A stretch of 64,000 bases of DNA, taken from Felis catus. Its lineage: Eukaryota. The stretch covers positions 51,338,001-51,402,000 of the forward strand of contig NC_058382.1 in the NCBI RefSeq assembly GCF_018350175.1, read 5' to 3'. Below, one piece after another: positions 1-11,795 of the stretch. The translations under genes were made by a program, and so were the position numbers. The notes beneath the pieces are model-generated. The model searched no databases and had not been told where the DNA came from. It saw only the letters and a program-made list of their open reading frames with translations. The first letter of the stretch is position 1. Each line of letters starts with the position of its first letter.

Positions 1-1254
1 AGGGAGCCTTGATGAAAGGAAGCGGTAAGGATCGGTGTCCTTACAACTTGGTGTAACTATCCTAAGCAACGAAGGACACTGAACTTCACACAACAGCTCC
101 ATGAGGGAGGGGCGACAGTTGGCCCCACTGTGTGGACGCTGAAGCCAGGCTCTGCCATGTTGAGTGGCTGGCCCGGGGTCACCCCCGGAGCAAATACTGA
201 GGGCTGCGTGCAAATGGGGGACATCTGATTTACCCCTGCATTGAGCTCTTAGGCGATACTGTCTCTTAACGAAAATGGATGGGAAGACGAGTGGAGGCAC
301 TGCTATGTGTGTGACTATTTACATGGAACAAAAGGGCACCAATGGGCTGGACCCCCTGCCTCTACTGTACCCCACCATCCCCACTATTGACCTTATCTCA
401 TCCTCGGCCTCTGTTTTCCTCACCATACTGCAATCTTCTCCACAGCAGAGACCTTGGCCCCATCAGGTACTGACAGAGACTTCAGGCTTGGCGTCTTTCC
501 TCATGTTGCCTATGTCTGCGCGTGCACCCGAGTTTCCCCAGCCAAAACCCAGGAGACTTCTATCTTCACGGGTCTACCTCCCCTCCACCCACAGATGCCT
601 GAAGGTGGCAATGGCCTCCATAGGAACGTTCAAAGATTCTGCTTCTCTCCACCCCTGGAATGCTCTCATCCTGTGTCCCGATTACAGCAACCTCCCCACG
701 AATGCCTTGCCTGCCCCTTGGGCGGCCTGCCTTGCATCACGTTGTTCTACTTCATTCAAAGTTCTAAGTGGCCCCGACACTGGGGTCCTGATGAAGCTTT
801 CAGCTTCCACCCCACCTTCATCCTGTCATACCGGCTGTGTTATCTTCTCTCCCCTCTCCCTCCTTTGGGGCGTGCCCTCCATTGGGAACAACCTTCCCCC
901 AACCCCACCCTTGCCCAATTCTTGCTCATCCTTCAGACTCATGCTCCCTGGAAAGTCTCTTCTGACAAGGACTCCTCTTGGCGGAAGGGCCGGGGGGCCC
1001 CCAAGCTCTCCCAGTGGAATTACAGACCCCCCCCCCCACTACAGCACTCTGCATACCCTATCTGTGGTGCCATAAACGCCCGGGCACAGGCCTGTTCCAT
1101 GCGGTGTGTGCTTTGTCAGGATTTGCCGAAGAGTCGGAGGGAAGAATGGATAATGAGTAGGCTATGTGTGTGGAACAGGAAGAAGGTTTGATCATCTGGG
1201 TGCTGGTGGGTGAGCTGAATATATATAAAAAAAACAAACAAACCCAGAAAATAA

Positions 1255-1362
1255 AGAGACACCTGGGTGGCTCAGTTGGTTGAGCGTGTGATTCTTCACT
1301 TTGGCTCAGGTCATGACCTCAGGGTCATGGGACTGAGCCTCACATCGGGCTCCAAACTGAGT
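1255..1362 (+). mobile_element. Can-SINE, 3'-truncated (tRNA-derived head only)
   Basis: acctgggtggctcagttggttgagcg...tcaggtcatgacctc head; no (CT)n segment or poly-A tail. Confidence 0.85.
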
Positions 1363-1379
1363 ACTATCTCAACTCCTAC

Positions 1380-1565
1380 CTCACTCCAGGAAGAGACAAC
1401 CCACTGCAGCCGGTTGTTTTTGGGGCATCGTCCTAAGACACAGCCCTCCTGTGACTCTGGCCTCGGGGCGCTGGAGCACAGGTTCTCTGGGAGATCCTCT
1501 GCCGTCGGGGGGCTTTTGCACAGGATTTCGCGTTTCCTCACCCCTCGCCCGCAGGTCTTGGAACA
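1380..1565 (-). CDS. ADAMTS18: ADAMTS18 exon ~20 (186 nt): CSKTCGRGVRKREILCKSPPTAEDLPENLCSSAPRPESQEGCVLGRCPKNNRLQWVVSSWSE, TSR
   Basis: ccacctctag acceptor, gtagga donor, phase 0 to 0; partly in ORF 1311..1541. Confidence 0.94.
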
Positions 1566-3509
1566 CTAGAGGTGGAAAAACAAAGCTTATTTGCATGCTG
1601 GTTGCAAATGATTTTCTTCCAGGTGAATGCGGAGAACCTACTAGTGAAGTATTTGCAAACCTATTTTGAAGCTTTAGAACCAAACGCCCAGTGAAGGCCC
1701 TTGCAGCCAGCAGGAGGGATCTTTCCTCCGTGCAGAGGCCTTACATGCAGGTTGGCAATCGTTGTCAACATTCTCAATGCCCAGTAGCTGCTGGTCGCCC
1801 GGGTCCGGAGACGAGGTGTTCTCTTCACAGCACACGTGGCCACTTGGAGAATGGTATGTGGCCTGTTCCTTGGTAGAACCGTGGTCCTGTCTGGCACAAG
1901 GCAGAATTGGTCTGGGCACCTGGCTACGGAGGATTATTGTGCTTCTGCTGAGAAGCATCATAGATATATGCGTACACATCTAATAGCAACCGACTGTGAC
2001 ATTGACAAAAATGGATTGGGGATGTCCAGCTCTTCGTGTTCGTACTCATCGGCTGCCTCTAGGCAGGGCTCGGTGCTAACTATTGGGGAATAAACAAATA
2101 GGCACTCGGCAAATGTCTGCGAATGAATCTGCCTTTCTTGACCTTCCTAAGAACCCTGTGACATAGAAAAGGTGGGGAATAGTCTCCTCGCTTTCAGATG
2201 AGTACTTAAAAAACTTCCAAGGTCACTTAGAAGGTGTTGGCTCCAGGTCGGGTCTGCCCTCAAGGGACATGTCCCCTCCCCAGCCTTCTTTTCTGCTCAG
2301 AAGAGCCATATGAGATGCGCCTCTCTTGCCTTGGCTCTTTGTCAATGTGTAAACATCTGGGCACAATTCCAAGCCTGCTCAGAGGATCAACATGACTTCT
2401 GGCTCTTCACATTCTTCAGGGAGACGGATGGTGATGGTACTCTCATCATCTGCAAACTACAGCAGCAGGACACATCCATTCCATGCCTCCCACGTGATGG
2501 TGCATCTTCCTCTTTGTCGCACGACCTTCTACCAACCCTCTGCGATCACCGCTGTGGTCCCGTTCTCCAGGAGGGTGGTCTGAGACTCAGAAAGCCTTCG
2601 AGAACCTGACTAAGATAATCAAACAGCTGCCAGGAAGCAGAGAGGGGGCAGGCAGACAAACGTGTCTGGTGTCAGACAGGGCTTTGCACCACTAAACAAG
2701 TCCTCCTTCATTCATGTTTAACATTTCTAAATGGTTGGTCCTTATCCAACAGAATTCTTACGTCTTCAGTTGTTTTTTTTTGTTTTTGTTTTTGTTTTTT
2801 AGAATGGGTTTCCAGAGACCCGTTCTCTAAGAGGAGGACAGGGTGCAGTAATAAATTCAGAAGAACTCCTTCCAAATTAGTCATGATGTTCTCAACACAT
2901 GTGCTCTTAGCAAACAACCAACCAAGCAAACAAACCTAAGGAAATAAAATACTCTCTCAAAATATTTCTATGTCAAATGTGGGGCAAATTCTGAACTAAA
3001 GCTCCTTTTGGGGATGTCCCATTTGGAACTGTTGGTTCCCCATTTCTTGTCCCCGTGCCCACCATACACATTTGGCTAAAACAGCCCTTGAATTTTCCTC
3101 TTGTAAACTGTACCTCCTTATCTGCAAAGAATGAGACCAGACATAATACCGTATCCTATTTAGACTTGCCTTCTGCTATCAGTCAATACATTCCTTCATT
3201 TTAATGCATATCTACACATGCTCAAAGATATTCTTTCCCACCACTAGCTCCTTACTCCCTTAACAGATAGAGTTGTAACATTTTTAAAAATCCCATGTTC
3301 TATAATTACAAAAAGTCTCAGTCTGAACTCTGTGGGGGATTTGTGAGTACACTGCTATACTTTATCAGAAATCAATACTCCAGGATAATGCACTGAAGGA
3401 AAGCATGGTAGAAATGTGGTCCTAGACTTCTACCTGGCTTCATTGTTCAGGCAACGAAAGCACTGCATCTTCTTGATTATTCCATAAAATTGGCTTGACA
3501 TCCGTGGTT

Positions 3510-3670
3510 TAGCAGAGACTGAGCTGCTGGCCCCTACAGTGTGGGATGTTTATCTCTATCAAGTAGATGCCGGTAGCATCATTCTCCCAAGTTGGGACAG
3601 TCAAAGATGCTTCCAGACGCTGTGCCTGAGGGGACCTTTGGCAAACTGAGCCCCCACTGAGCACTTCTGA
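3510..3670. mobile_element. MER20-like hAT DNA transposon remnant
   Basis: cagtgtgggatgtt...tagatgccggtagca...caaagatgcttccagac resembles recalled MER20 consensus; boundaries approximate. Confidence 0.55.
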
Positions 3671-4188
3671 CTTGTGAATGGCCGGTGGCTCTATGCCTCT
3701 GCTGATTTCATGATTTTCTACCTTTCACTGAGAGTTTGTGACAATAGGAAATTTTATGCCTGACTCCCCTCTGTATCCCTCTAACCCTGCGACTCTTCCC
3801 CACCAAGCAAGAGTTGAATATCCTTCCTACGCCACCTTCTTTGTATCTGCATTTTCCATGTGCTTTGGAGAAATCAGTAGCCATTTCGTCTGCCAATCCA
3901 CGGACACTCCAATCCTTTCCAGCTGTGCTCTACAGCCTAGCCTGAGTGCCCGCCGTACTCTACTCTCTAGACTTCTAAGTAAGACCTTAAGATGTTGTGC
4001 ATGGGTTCCTAATCTACAGGATGCAATCACAAAAAACACACATGAGAATGCCTCATCACGCTAACTCAGTGTGATGCCCAGGAAAGCATAAAAGCTGAGT
4101 GCCTCCTGGGGGAGCCAACACCCCTGTTTTTGCCACTTTCTTTGTCCACAGGAAACAAGACTCATGACTCCAATTCGTGCCCACTTAC

Positions 4189-4393
4189 CTGAGACCAGGG
4201 TCCAAGGCTCCATTCTGGAGGGCAGGCATGACTGTTGCAGACTCGCACCTGAGTGGGCGTGCTCACTGGGCAGAGAGAATGTAACACTGCTTCCTCCTTC
4301 TGGAACGGCTTCTTCTGGACACACTGGATCTTCCTGCTCTGCTGGCCCCCCGCACATGACCTGCTGCACACGCTCCATTCGCCTGGCTTCCAG
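4189..4393 (-). CDS. ADAMTS18: ADAMTS18 exon ~19 (205 nt): (Y)WKPGEWSVCSRSCAGGQQSRKIQCVQKKPFQKEEAVLHSLCPVSTPTQVRVCNSHACPPEWSLGPWSQ, TSR
   Basis: ttttcactgcaag acceptor (AAG), gtaagt donor, phase 2 to 0; within ORF 4162..4422. Confidence 0.93.
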
Positions 4394-5111
4394 CTTGCAG
4401 TGAAAAATGACATGACTTCCAATGAAGCTAAGATTTTGGACCATCCTTTTCAAAGCAATTACCGCCTAAGATTTAACCACCTGATAAAAGTCTTCCATCA
4501 ATTTTAGAACCCATAAGGGCAGTTCAGAATAATTCTTCTTCCACAGGTTTTGAAGCCTATGCTAGTGTGGCCCAGGGATAGGGAGTCACATGAAATCACA
4601 ACACACTTTTGGGCAAAACCACATTCCTGCCCTCGGCAAGGGGAGAGACGTGTACCCTTTGGAGACCCGAGCAATTCATTCATTCAGCCAAGTCTACTGG
4701 GGTCTTCCCTTTGTGCCAAGGACTCTCCTAAGCATCAGGCTTGGAAAAATGAACGAGGCAATGTTGTTTCCATTAAGGAGCCTACAACACAGTGATGAGG
4801 TGGACATGTGAACAAAGACGGTACTATGTGACACTCGCCACAAGAGAAATTAATACAAAGTACAGCAGTTAAACTAAGGGAAGAGCGATTAACGAGAGGG
4901 GGAAGGGGTGGGACGGGAGAGGGAAGGAGGGTTGCAGGAGGGGAGGGGGGAGGTGTGCACAAGCATCACACATGCGTGCAGGAGACAGGGGCACATTCAG
5001 AGGTGGCCATTTCTAAGTACGCACTTCCCCCAACTAACTTTTCTGGCTACTCTTAAACTTTATGAATGCTTGAGAGACATAACCTTGTGTTCTTTATTGA
5101 AAGATTGCCGT

Positions 5112-5327
5112 GGGGGCGCCTGGGTGGGTCAGTTGGTTAAGCATCTGACTCTTGATCTCAGCTCAGGTCATGATCTCACAGTTGGTCAGTTCGAGCCCCG
5201 GGTCGGGCTCTGTGGTGACAGCTGGGAGCTCGCTTGGGATTCTCTCTCTTTTTTGCTCTCTATGCCCCTCTCCCGTGTGCTCTCTCTCTCTCAAAATAAA
5301 TAAAAATAGACTTAAAAAAAAAAAAAA
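5112..5327 (+). mobile_element. Can-SINE (SINEC)
   Basis: ggggcgcctgggtg head, (CT)n, A-tail; TSD gaaagattgcc. Confidence 0.92.
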
Positions 5328-7727
5328 GAAAGATTGCCAGATCACTTTTATCACAGCTGAGACTTGGCGTGAATTTGAAGGGTGATGCACTGAAACTAGT
5401 AACCTTTCCGATCACTGCATTCGACTAATTGAGATTCTAGGATTTGAAGGCCTGGCATAAAAAAGATCCGCGAGATAAGATCTTACACATTTCAGTCACA
5501 GGAGCGCTGTCTAAAACTGAGGTGGGCTTACCAGTGTTCTAAATTTCATTTCCAGAAACAAACCATCACTGAGGTCAAATAACGTTTCTGTTTTGCCTTT
5601 GCCTTTCTGCCACATTTACTAGTCATACAATGTTCTCCTCTGGTTTCTCCCACCAGCCTGATGCGTGAAATTAAAAACCTTCCCTTCAGTCCAGAGAATT
5701 TAGCACGTGAGTTCTAGATGACACGTGTTCTAAAACACTGCATAATCCCTATTAACTTAAAGAAAGAGAATCCAAAATGAAATAATTCCTTATTTGTAGA
5801 GTTATTCGCATCTTGTAGGACGTAAAGAAAACACACCTATTAGGAAATTATTAGTTTCAGCATTCTCCTATAAAGATGGGATTTTCGTCTACCCGATTCA
5901 AGTTTTTCCCTCATGCGGCAAATATGGTGAGTCTGTAAAAGTATGGAAAGAGCACAACACAGGTGGACTTTCCTCATGACCTTCATGGTTGTGCACACGT
6001 GGGCCCTAGGCTCCCTCTCCATCTGTCCTCAGTCCCTCTGAACCCTACCTCAAAGCCCAGCTTCTAACGCTGTCCATTTTCCCCTGGCTGCGTTTTCTAT
6101 TCATAAGACCTCACAGCCCGTATCTCACTGCATCTCAATTACTGCCTTACACTCCCAGTTCTTGCGTTACATTATGAGTTCCCTGATGGGAGGAGCTACA
6201 ATTTCTCCAGATCCAGCCTGGCCTCCAGTCAGTGCCTATGACATGGTGGTTATGTGGGAAAACAACACAGTTAGACTGGATGAACTCCTCTGTCCTTGTA
6301 ACTCGAACAGTCTCAGACCTCACTGCCAGTGTATCTCTGGGGAAAAACAGTCACCGAGGGTCCCATTATTCCAACAGAAAACATAAAGCTATAAATGATA
6401 TGGTGGAGAAGAAAGGAACAGAGCAGAAGATCCCGCCCATTACATCACTCTAATCCTGCAGAGCCAATGAGAGGGCTGTTCTGCTTTTAAATAGCTAGTA
6501 AACTGGTCACTGCAGAGTGGAATTTCTACACGTGGCCATCACGGAAGTTCTAGAAGTCAGGCATGAGCAAGGCTCTCTCCCTTTTCACAGATGTACATAT
6601 GAATGGGGTCCTTTTTTTGCTTGGCAGAAATAAGCAACAATGGGAAGTAGGCTTAAAATCAGAAAACATCAGCACGCCATTCAAGCAAACTCACACGTCC
6701 CACGCACACAAATACACGCGCACCATCTAAAGACGACACCTTACTCCACAAGGGTCAATAACACTGTCTGGTAACCATGTCTTATTAGCAAAATGGGAAA
6801 AAAAAATCCATGGAAGCCCACCAAATTTCTTTCTACTCTTGGTGTTCAGGATACAGCTGGTTCCAGATTCTGTGAGAAAAACTAGGTTGACACATGGGCA
6901 TACGGGATTGGTGAATAGCTGAAGCGCAAAACAATTATGACAAACGTGCTCTTACAAGGGAAAAATGTATGTACGTGTATGAAAAGATTGTGCAATATAA
7001 TTGCATCACCGCAGAGCAAACACTACTTATTAAGATGATCTGAAACATTAGTGAACACAACGCTGCTTTAGAAGAAACTCTGTCAATTCTCTATAAATAC
7101 ATTTGGCAGAAGATAAGTCACACAAAAGACTCCATTCGGCTGGGAAGATTACTTAAAATTAGCGTCCAAACAATAGTGTGGCTAAAATCCATCCAAAAAA
7201 CAAACCCACCGAGATCCCCATAGAGTTCCATCATCAGAAGTGGATTACCACTTGGACTCTACCCTTTCTTTTTATTTTGTGACTTGCTACTGTGTAATTT
7301 GCATTTGGGGTTTCATGGTCTGCATAGTATTATGATTGTTAAATTCTTGGATGACTATATGAAAGTTAAACACACAACCACATGTAAATTCAACCAATAT
7401 AGGATTTAGTGTTATTTAAGTATCTGTTTTAGTTCAGAGGGGTCTCTATGTAAAGATTTAAAGAGAAAAATGAAAGACACCTTTAAATCCCAGGGTTAGG
7501 TTCGTACAGCCAGAGTTAAAACGCATGTCTAAGGCAAACTTGTGTCTTTCGAGTTACACATTTTCACCTCAAATGTCCTGTTTTCCTCTGTCACTTTTTT
7601 GGGCACTCTGTCTCTCCCTGAGTCACTTTTGATCAGAAGGACCGGCAGTGGGTTTCAATATTCTCATATCAACAATAAGAAAATACAAGTACAAACATAG
7701 CCAGAAAGACATTTCCAGATGACTTAC

Positions 7728-7854
7728 TAAGCAGGGCAGGAGAAAGCATTGCATATTTTGGGTTCCGTTGCTGGCTTGGTTCTTGCGTTGCAGAAGGAGG
7801 AACTGACTTGAGTGTTTTGATCTCGTAAGCAAATGGCCTTTACGCTTATGTAAC
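7728..7854 (-). CDS. ADAMTS18: ADAMTS18 exon ~18 (127 nt): (G)YISVKAICLRDQNTQVSSSFCNARTKPATEPKICNAFSCPA
   Basis: tcttattag acceptor, gtaagt donor, phase 1 to 2; TSR-type Cys spacing. Confidence 0.93.
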
Positions 7855-9004
7855 CTAATAAGACATCAGAAGTTACAACGTGAAAATCACAGATAACCAG
7901 TTCGATTTCATTTCCATGTTTAGCTTCTGACTTACCAGGATTCTGATGTTGAACTCAAGGTATGGAATCCAAATACTGCATGACAACACCTCCTTTTGAT
8001 AAAATCTGCAACTCATTTGAATCCCATTCTCCCCACCCCCCACCCCCCAAGATAATAGCTTTCATGTTTTAATGATTTTAATGTGTAGCTTCTTGGGTTT
8101 TAAGACTGGTGCGGATTCCCGAACCATGAAGTGATAAATACCACATTTTGGGGTTTTTGTTTGTTTGTTTTGCTTTGTTTTGTTTTGTTTTGCTTTAGTG
8201 GGACCCGTTGTCTGGCTTGCAGTATCCATCTCAGGACTTCTCATCAGAGGCACATATTTTTTGTGTGAATAATTTTATCTGTCAGCTCTCCAAATACGAA
8301 GGCTGCCTCCTCTGTGAATTCGGTTTGTTTCTATTTACATGGTACGTTTCCTTACGATGGCATCCGAGAAACGATGAAAAGTCACTCTTGTGATCATGAT
8401 TAGGTTAAGGTCGGTCACCAAAACCATATTGGGATTCCCTAAACTTAATTGTTTACTTCCAGAGCATGCATTCATTTGGACTCTCCTTCTCATATGCCTC
8501 AGACACATCGCGGTCTGTAAGTTTCGTGAAGGGACTGCTAAATCCAGCCAAGGGGAGAATCCCACAGTGCACTTCTCCAGCATCCTCCCTTTGGATGGAC
8601 TTGTTCTCCATGAATGGAAAATGGATTGACTCTCTCTCCCTCCCAAGGAACTGTGCTTTCCCGGGAATAGCAGGAAGTTATTGCAAATGATCTCAAAGAG
8701 CATTCGGTATGTGAAAAACTGCTCATAATTTAAGTGAAAAAAAGCATAGGGTCAACAGGTATCTATGGCATGGTTTCTGTGCAGTAAAAAAAGTAGACAA
8801 AATGATCTTTGTGGCATGTGTCTGAGAACATTGAATGCACGTGTTTTTATGTTTGCATAAGAGAATAATAGAATGACACAGAGCAACGTATTAACGTTGG
8901 CATTTGCAGATTAAAGGATTAGGGAAAATTATTTTTCTTCTGCACAGCATAGAGCCTTCAAAGTGTTTATTAATAAAAATTTATTACTTCTTTGGGTATT
9001 TCTC

Positions 9005-9145
9005 CATTTTTTTTTCTTTTCTCCTCAAGTATAACTAACGTACAGCAGTGTATTAGCTTCAGGTGCACCACATGAGGATTCGACAATCCTATACATTACC
9101 TGGTGCTCATCAGGATAGGTGTACTCTTAATCCCCTTTATTTCTC
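9005..9145 (-). mobile_element. L1 3'-UTR fragment (carnivore type)
   Basis: tattagcttcaggtgcaccac...gtgctcatc...gtactcttaatcccc resembles the L1 3' end at 15370-15490. Confidence 0.65.
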
Positions 9146-10070
9146 TAAAAATGTATTCCCTTTTACTCATTTAATCTATTAAAAATAAGTATTTCCTCAT
9201 GTTTTGTTACTTAGCACGAGTACCTGAAGAGGCCTTACAGACATAAGAATTTCTTCATTTTCTGTATTTCGGCTCTGTGTCTGGTTCCAAGATGCCCCAC
9301 GGTGCTTAGGGCAATAGGACACAGTAGGGAGACCCACTGTATCAGATGCTCTGAGAATGAGAAAAATGAATGACCAGCACTGATGCTTTGGCTTCACGGA
9401 TCTCTTTATGGACTTCCATTCTTCTTCTCGAAGGGGCACGTGTGACAAAGACTGACTGACGCACAGATACGTGGTATCTTTGGATCTAGATAAAATGCTT
9501 GCCTTCGGCTCCCTGAGAGGATGGCTGTGGTTTTCCCTCCCTTAGGAGGCCGATTTCTCGGATTTAACAAACTTCGCTCCCGAGAGAGACTTTGCTGGCC
9601 TCCCCCTGGAGGGAATGGAATGACACAATGCCTGTGTTTCAGACGGATGCCTTGCAGTTGCCTTGTGTATGTTCTTGCTGGTTTTGAGCCTGCCTTCCGC
9701 AAGCCTCAGTGGGAGGTTCTTAGCAACAGAGAAGTCAGGGTAGGGAGAAGCTAAATGAAATACAAATAAATAGATATAAAATAAAAATACAAATACAAAT
9801 AAATATATACTTTGTAAATTTCCGCCCACCCCCCATAGATTTCGGATATATAACTGTTGAGTCCTGGTTATGAAGACCTTGAGTTGTGTGAGCCTTGGTT
9901 CCCTTCTACCTAGGAAAATCCTCAAACAGTACAATAACGTTTTTTACCGGGATGGTTCCCATAGAAGGCGATTTTTCTGTTGCTTATTTACATCGTACAT
10001 GTAAGATGTGTGAGATCAAAGAACCCGCTTTGAGAAAAGACTTGGAAGGTAGAATCAGGAAATCGGCTAC

Positions 10071-10212
10071 CTCCACCGCAGGTCGCAGAGCACTGAGACT
10101 GCACCGTACTCCAGGCGTGACTGTGCCTTTTTGAGGCCGGATGAGTTCCATTCATGACCTTGGGAAGTGCATACTTCCAAGCTATCCCCGGATTTTTGCC
10201 TTGCATCAGGAC
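10071..10212 (-). CDS. ADAMTS18: ADAMTS18 exon ~17 (142 nt): VLMQGKNPGIAWKYALPKVMNGTHPASKRHSHAWSTVQSQCSATCGG
   Basis: ctgtccag acceptor, gtagcc donor, phase 0 to 1; within ORF 9988..10287. Confidence 0.93.
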
Positions 10213-10955
10213 CTGGACAGTGTAAGATACAAACCAGAGATCAAGAGACAGGTCAGAGCCCGAAATTCCAGAAATCTCACCGAACACTTTAAAGGTATTC
10301 GTATGACATTTTGACCTTAAAGTTGGCTCACATCATTGCTCCCAAGTATGTTTTATGTCGATTTTAAAGTCTTCCCTTGATATTTTAAAATGAGTGTGTC
10401 CATATCATCAAAGCTGGGATTTAGAGAGATGCTAAATGGAGAAACGTGACTTGACCTTTGCTCTAAGCCCACAACCCTCAACTCTAGGTATATCCATTAA
10501 CAAAGCAAAAGAAAAATATTCTAATGTATCGAAGGAAATAAGGTTCTATTATGAGGTCTCAACTTTCCCATTAAACTTGAAACCTAGGTAGAAACACATG
10601 TTGGTGCCTCACAGGTAATGGTTAAAACTGAATCTCTGTATATATGTTTTTATGATTCCTCCTGGGCCCAAACTTCTCCTTTGTTCCAGGAGAAGCTGGA
10701 CACAAGGGTGACACTCTAAAAACCATAGAATACCCCGCTTAGAGTTGCCGATCATCAACTTAGAATCCAAGCAAGATTGCAATAGGATTTCCAAAGAAAA
10801 TTTATTCAAAGAGAATGTGGCTCTTGGCTGCATTGACTGTGTACCAGAATAAATAGATAATACAAAAACAAAACAAAACAAAACCAGGAGAAGTAAGGGT
10901 TGCTAATATGTATACTGGAATGGATTTAATCTCAAAAGGACAAGGACCTAGGATA

Positions 10956-11795
10956 CATGAAAAGATGTTCAACATCACCGATCATTAGGGAAATGCAAAC
11001 CTAAATGACAATGAGTTATCACCTCACATCTGTGGATGGCTAAAGTCAACAACCCAAGAAACAACAGGTGTTGGCGAGGATATGGAGAGAGGGGAACCTT
11101 CTTGTACTATTGGTGGGAATGCAAACTGGTGTGGCTACTGTGGAAAACAGTATGGCAGTTCCTCAAAAAATTAACAACGGAACTACCTGATGATCCAGCA
11201 ATCGCACTATTAGATATTTAGTCAAAGAATACAAAAATACTACTCCAAAGGCATACGTGCACCCTAACATTTATAGTGCTTACAGTAGCCAAATTATGGA
11301 AATAGTCCAAGTGTCTACCGATTGACGAATGAACACAGAAGAAGTGGTATTTACACATAGAATGGACTATTACTCAGCCATAGAAAAGAATGAAATTTTG
11401 CCATTTGCAATGACATGGATGGAGCCAGAGAGTCTTACGCTAAGTGACAGAAGTCAAAGAAAGACAAATACATTATGATTTCACTCATATGTGGAATTTA
11501 AGAAACAAAACAGATGAGCAAAGGGGGAAAAAAAGAGAGGGGAAACCAAGAATCAGACTCTTAACTACAGAGAACAAAGTGATGGTTACCAGAAGGGAAG
11601 AGGTGGGGGAATGGGGAAAATAGGTGGTGGGGATTAAGGAGGGCATTTGTTGTAATGGGCACCAGGTAACGTACCAAGTGTTGAGTCACTATATTGTACG
11701 CCTGAAACGAATAGTACACTGTATGTTATCTAACTGCAATTTGAATAAAAACTTATCTAACTGCAATTTGAATAAAAACTTTAAAAAAAAAAAAA
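10956..11795 (+). mobile_element. 5'-truncated L1 (ORF2 C-terminus, 3'UTR, poly-A)
   Basis: degenerate ORF2 peptide RCWRGYGERGTFLYYWWECKLVWLLWKTVWQFLKKL; poly-A; TSD aaaaggacaaggac(c/t)taggata. Confidence 0.93.

Noticed and set aside
275..1191. Overlapping 266-aa and 245-aa plus-strand ORFs
   Set aside because: Pro/Ser/Leu-rich reading of C-rich intron antisense to ADAMTS18; no recognisable domain, and both frames are open because of composition
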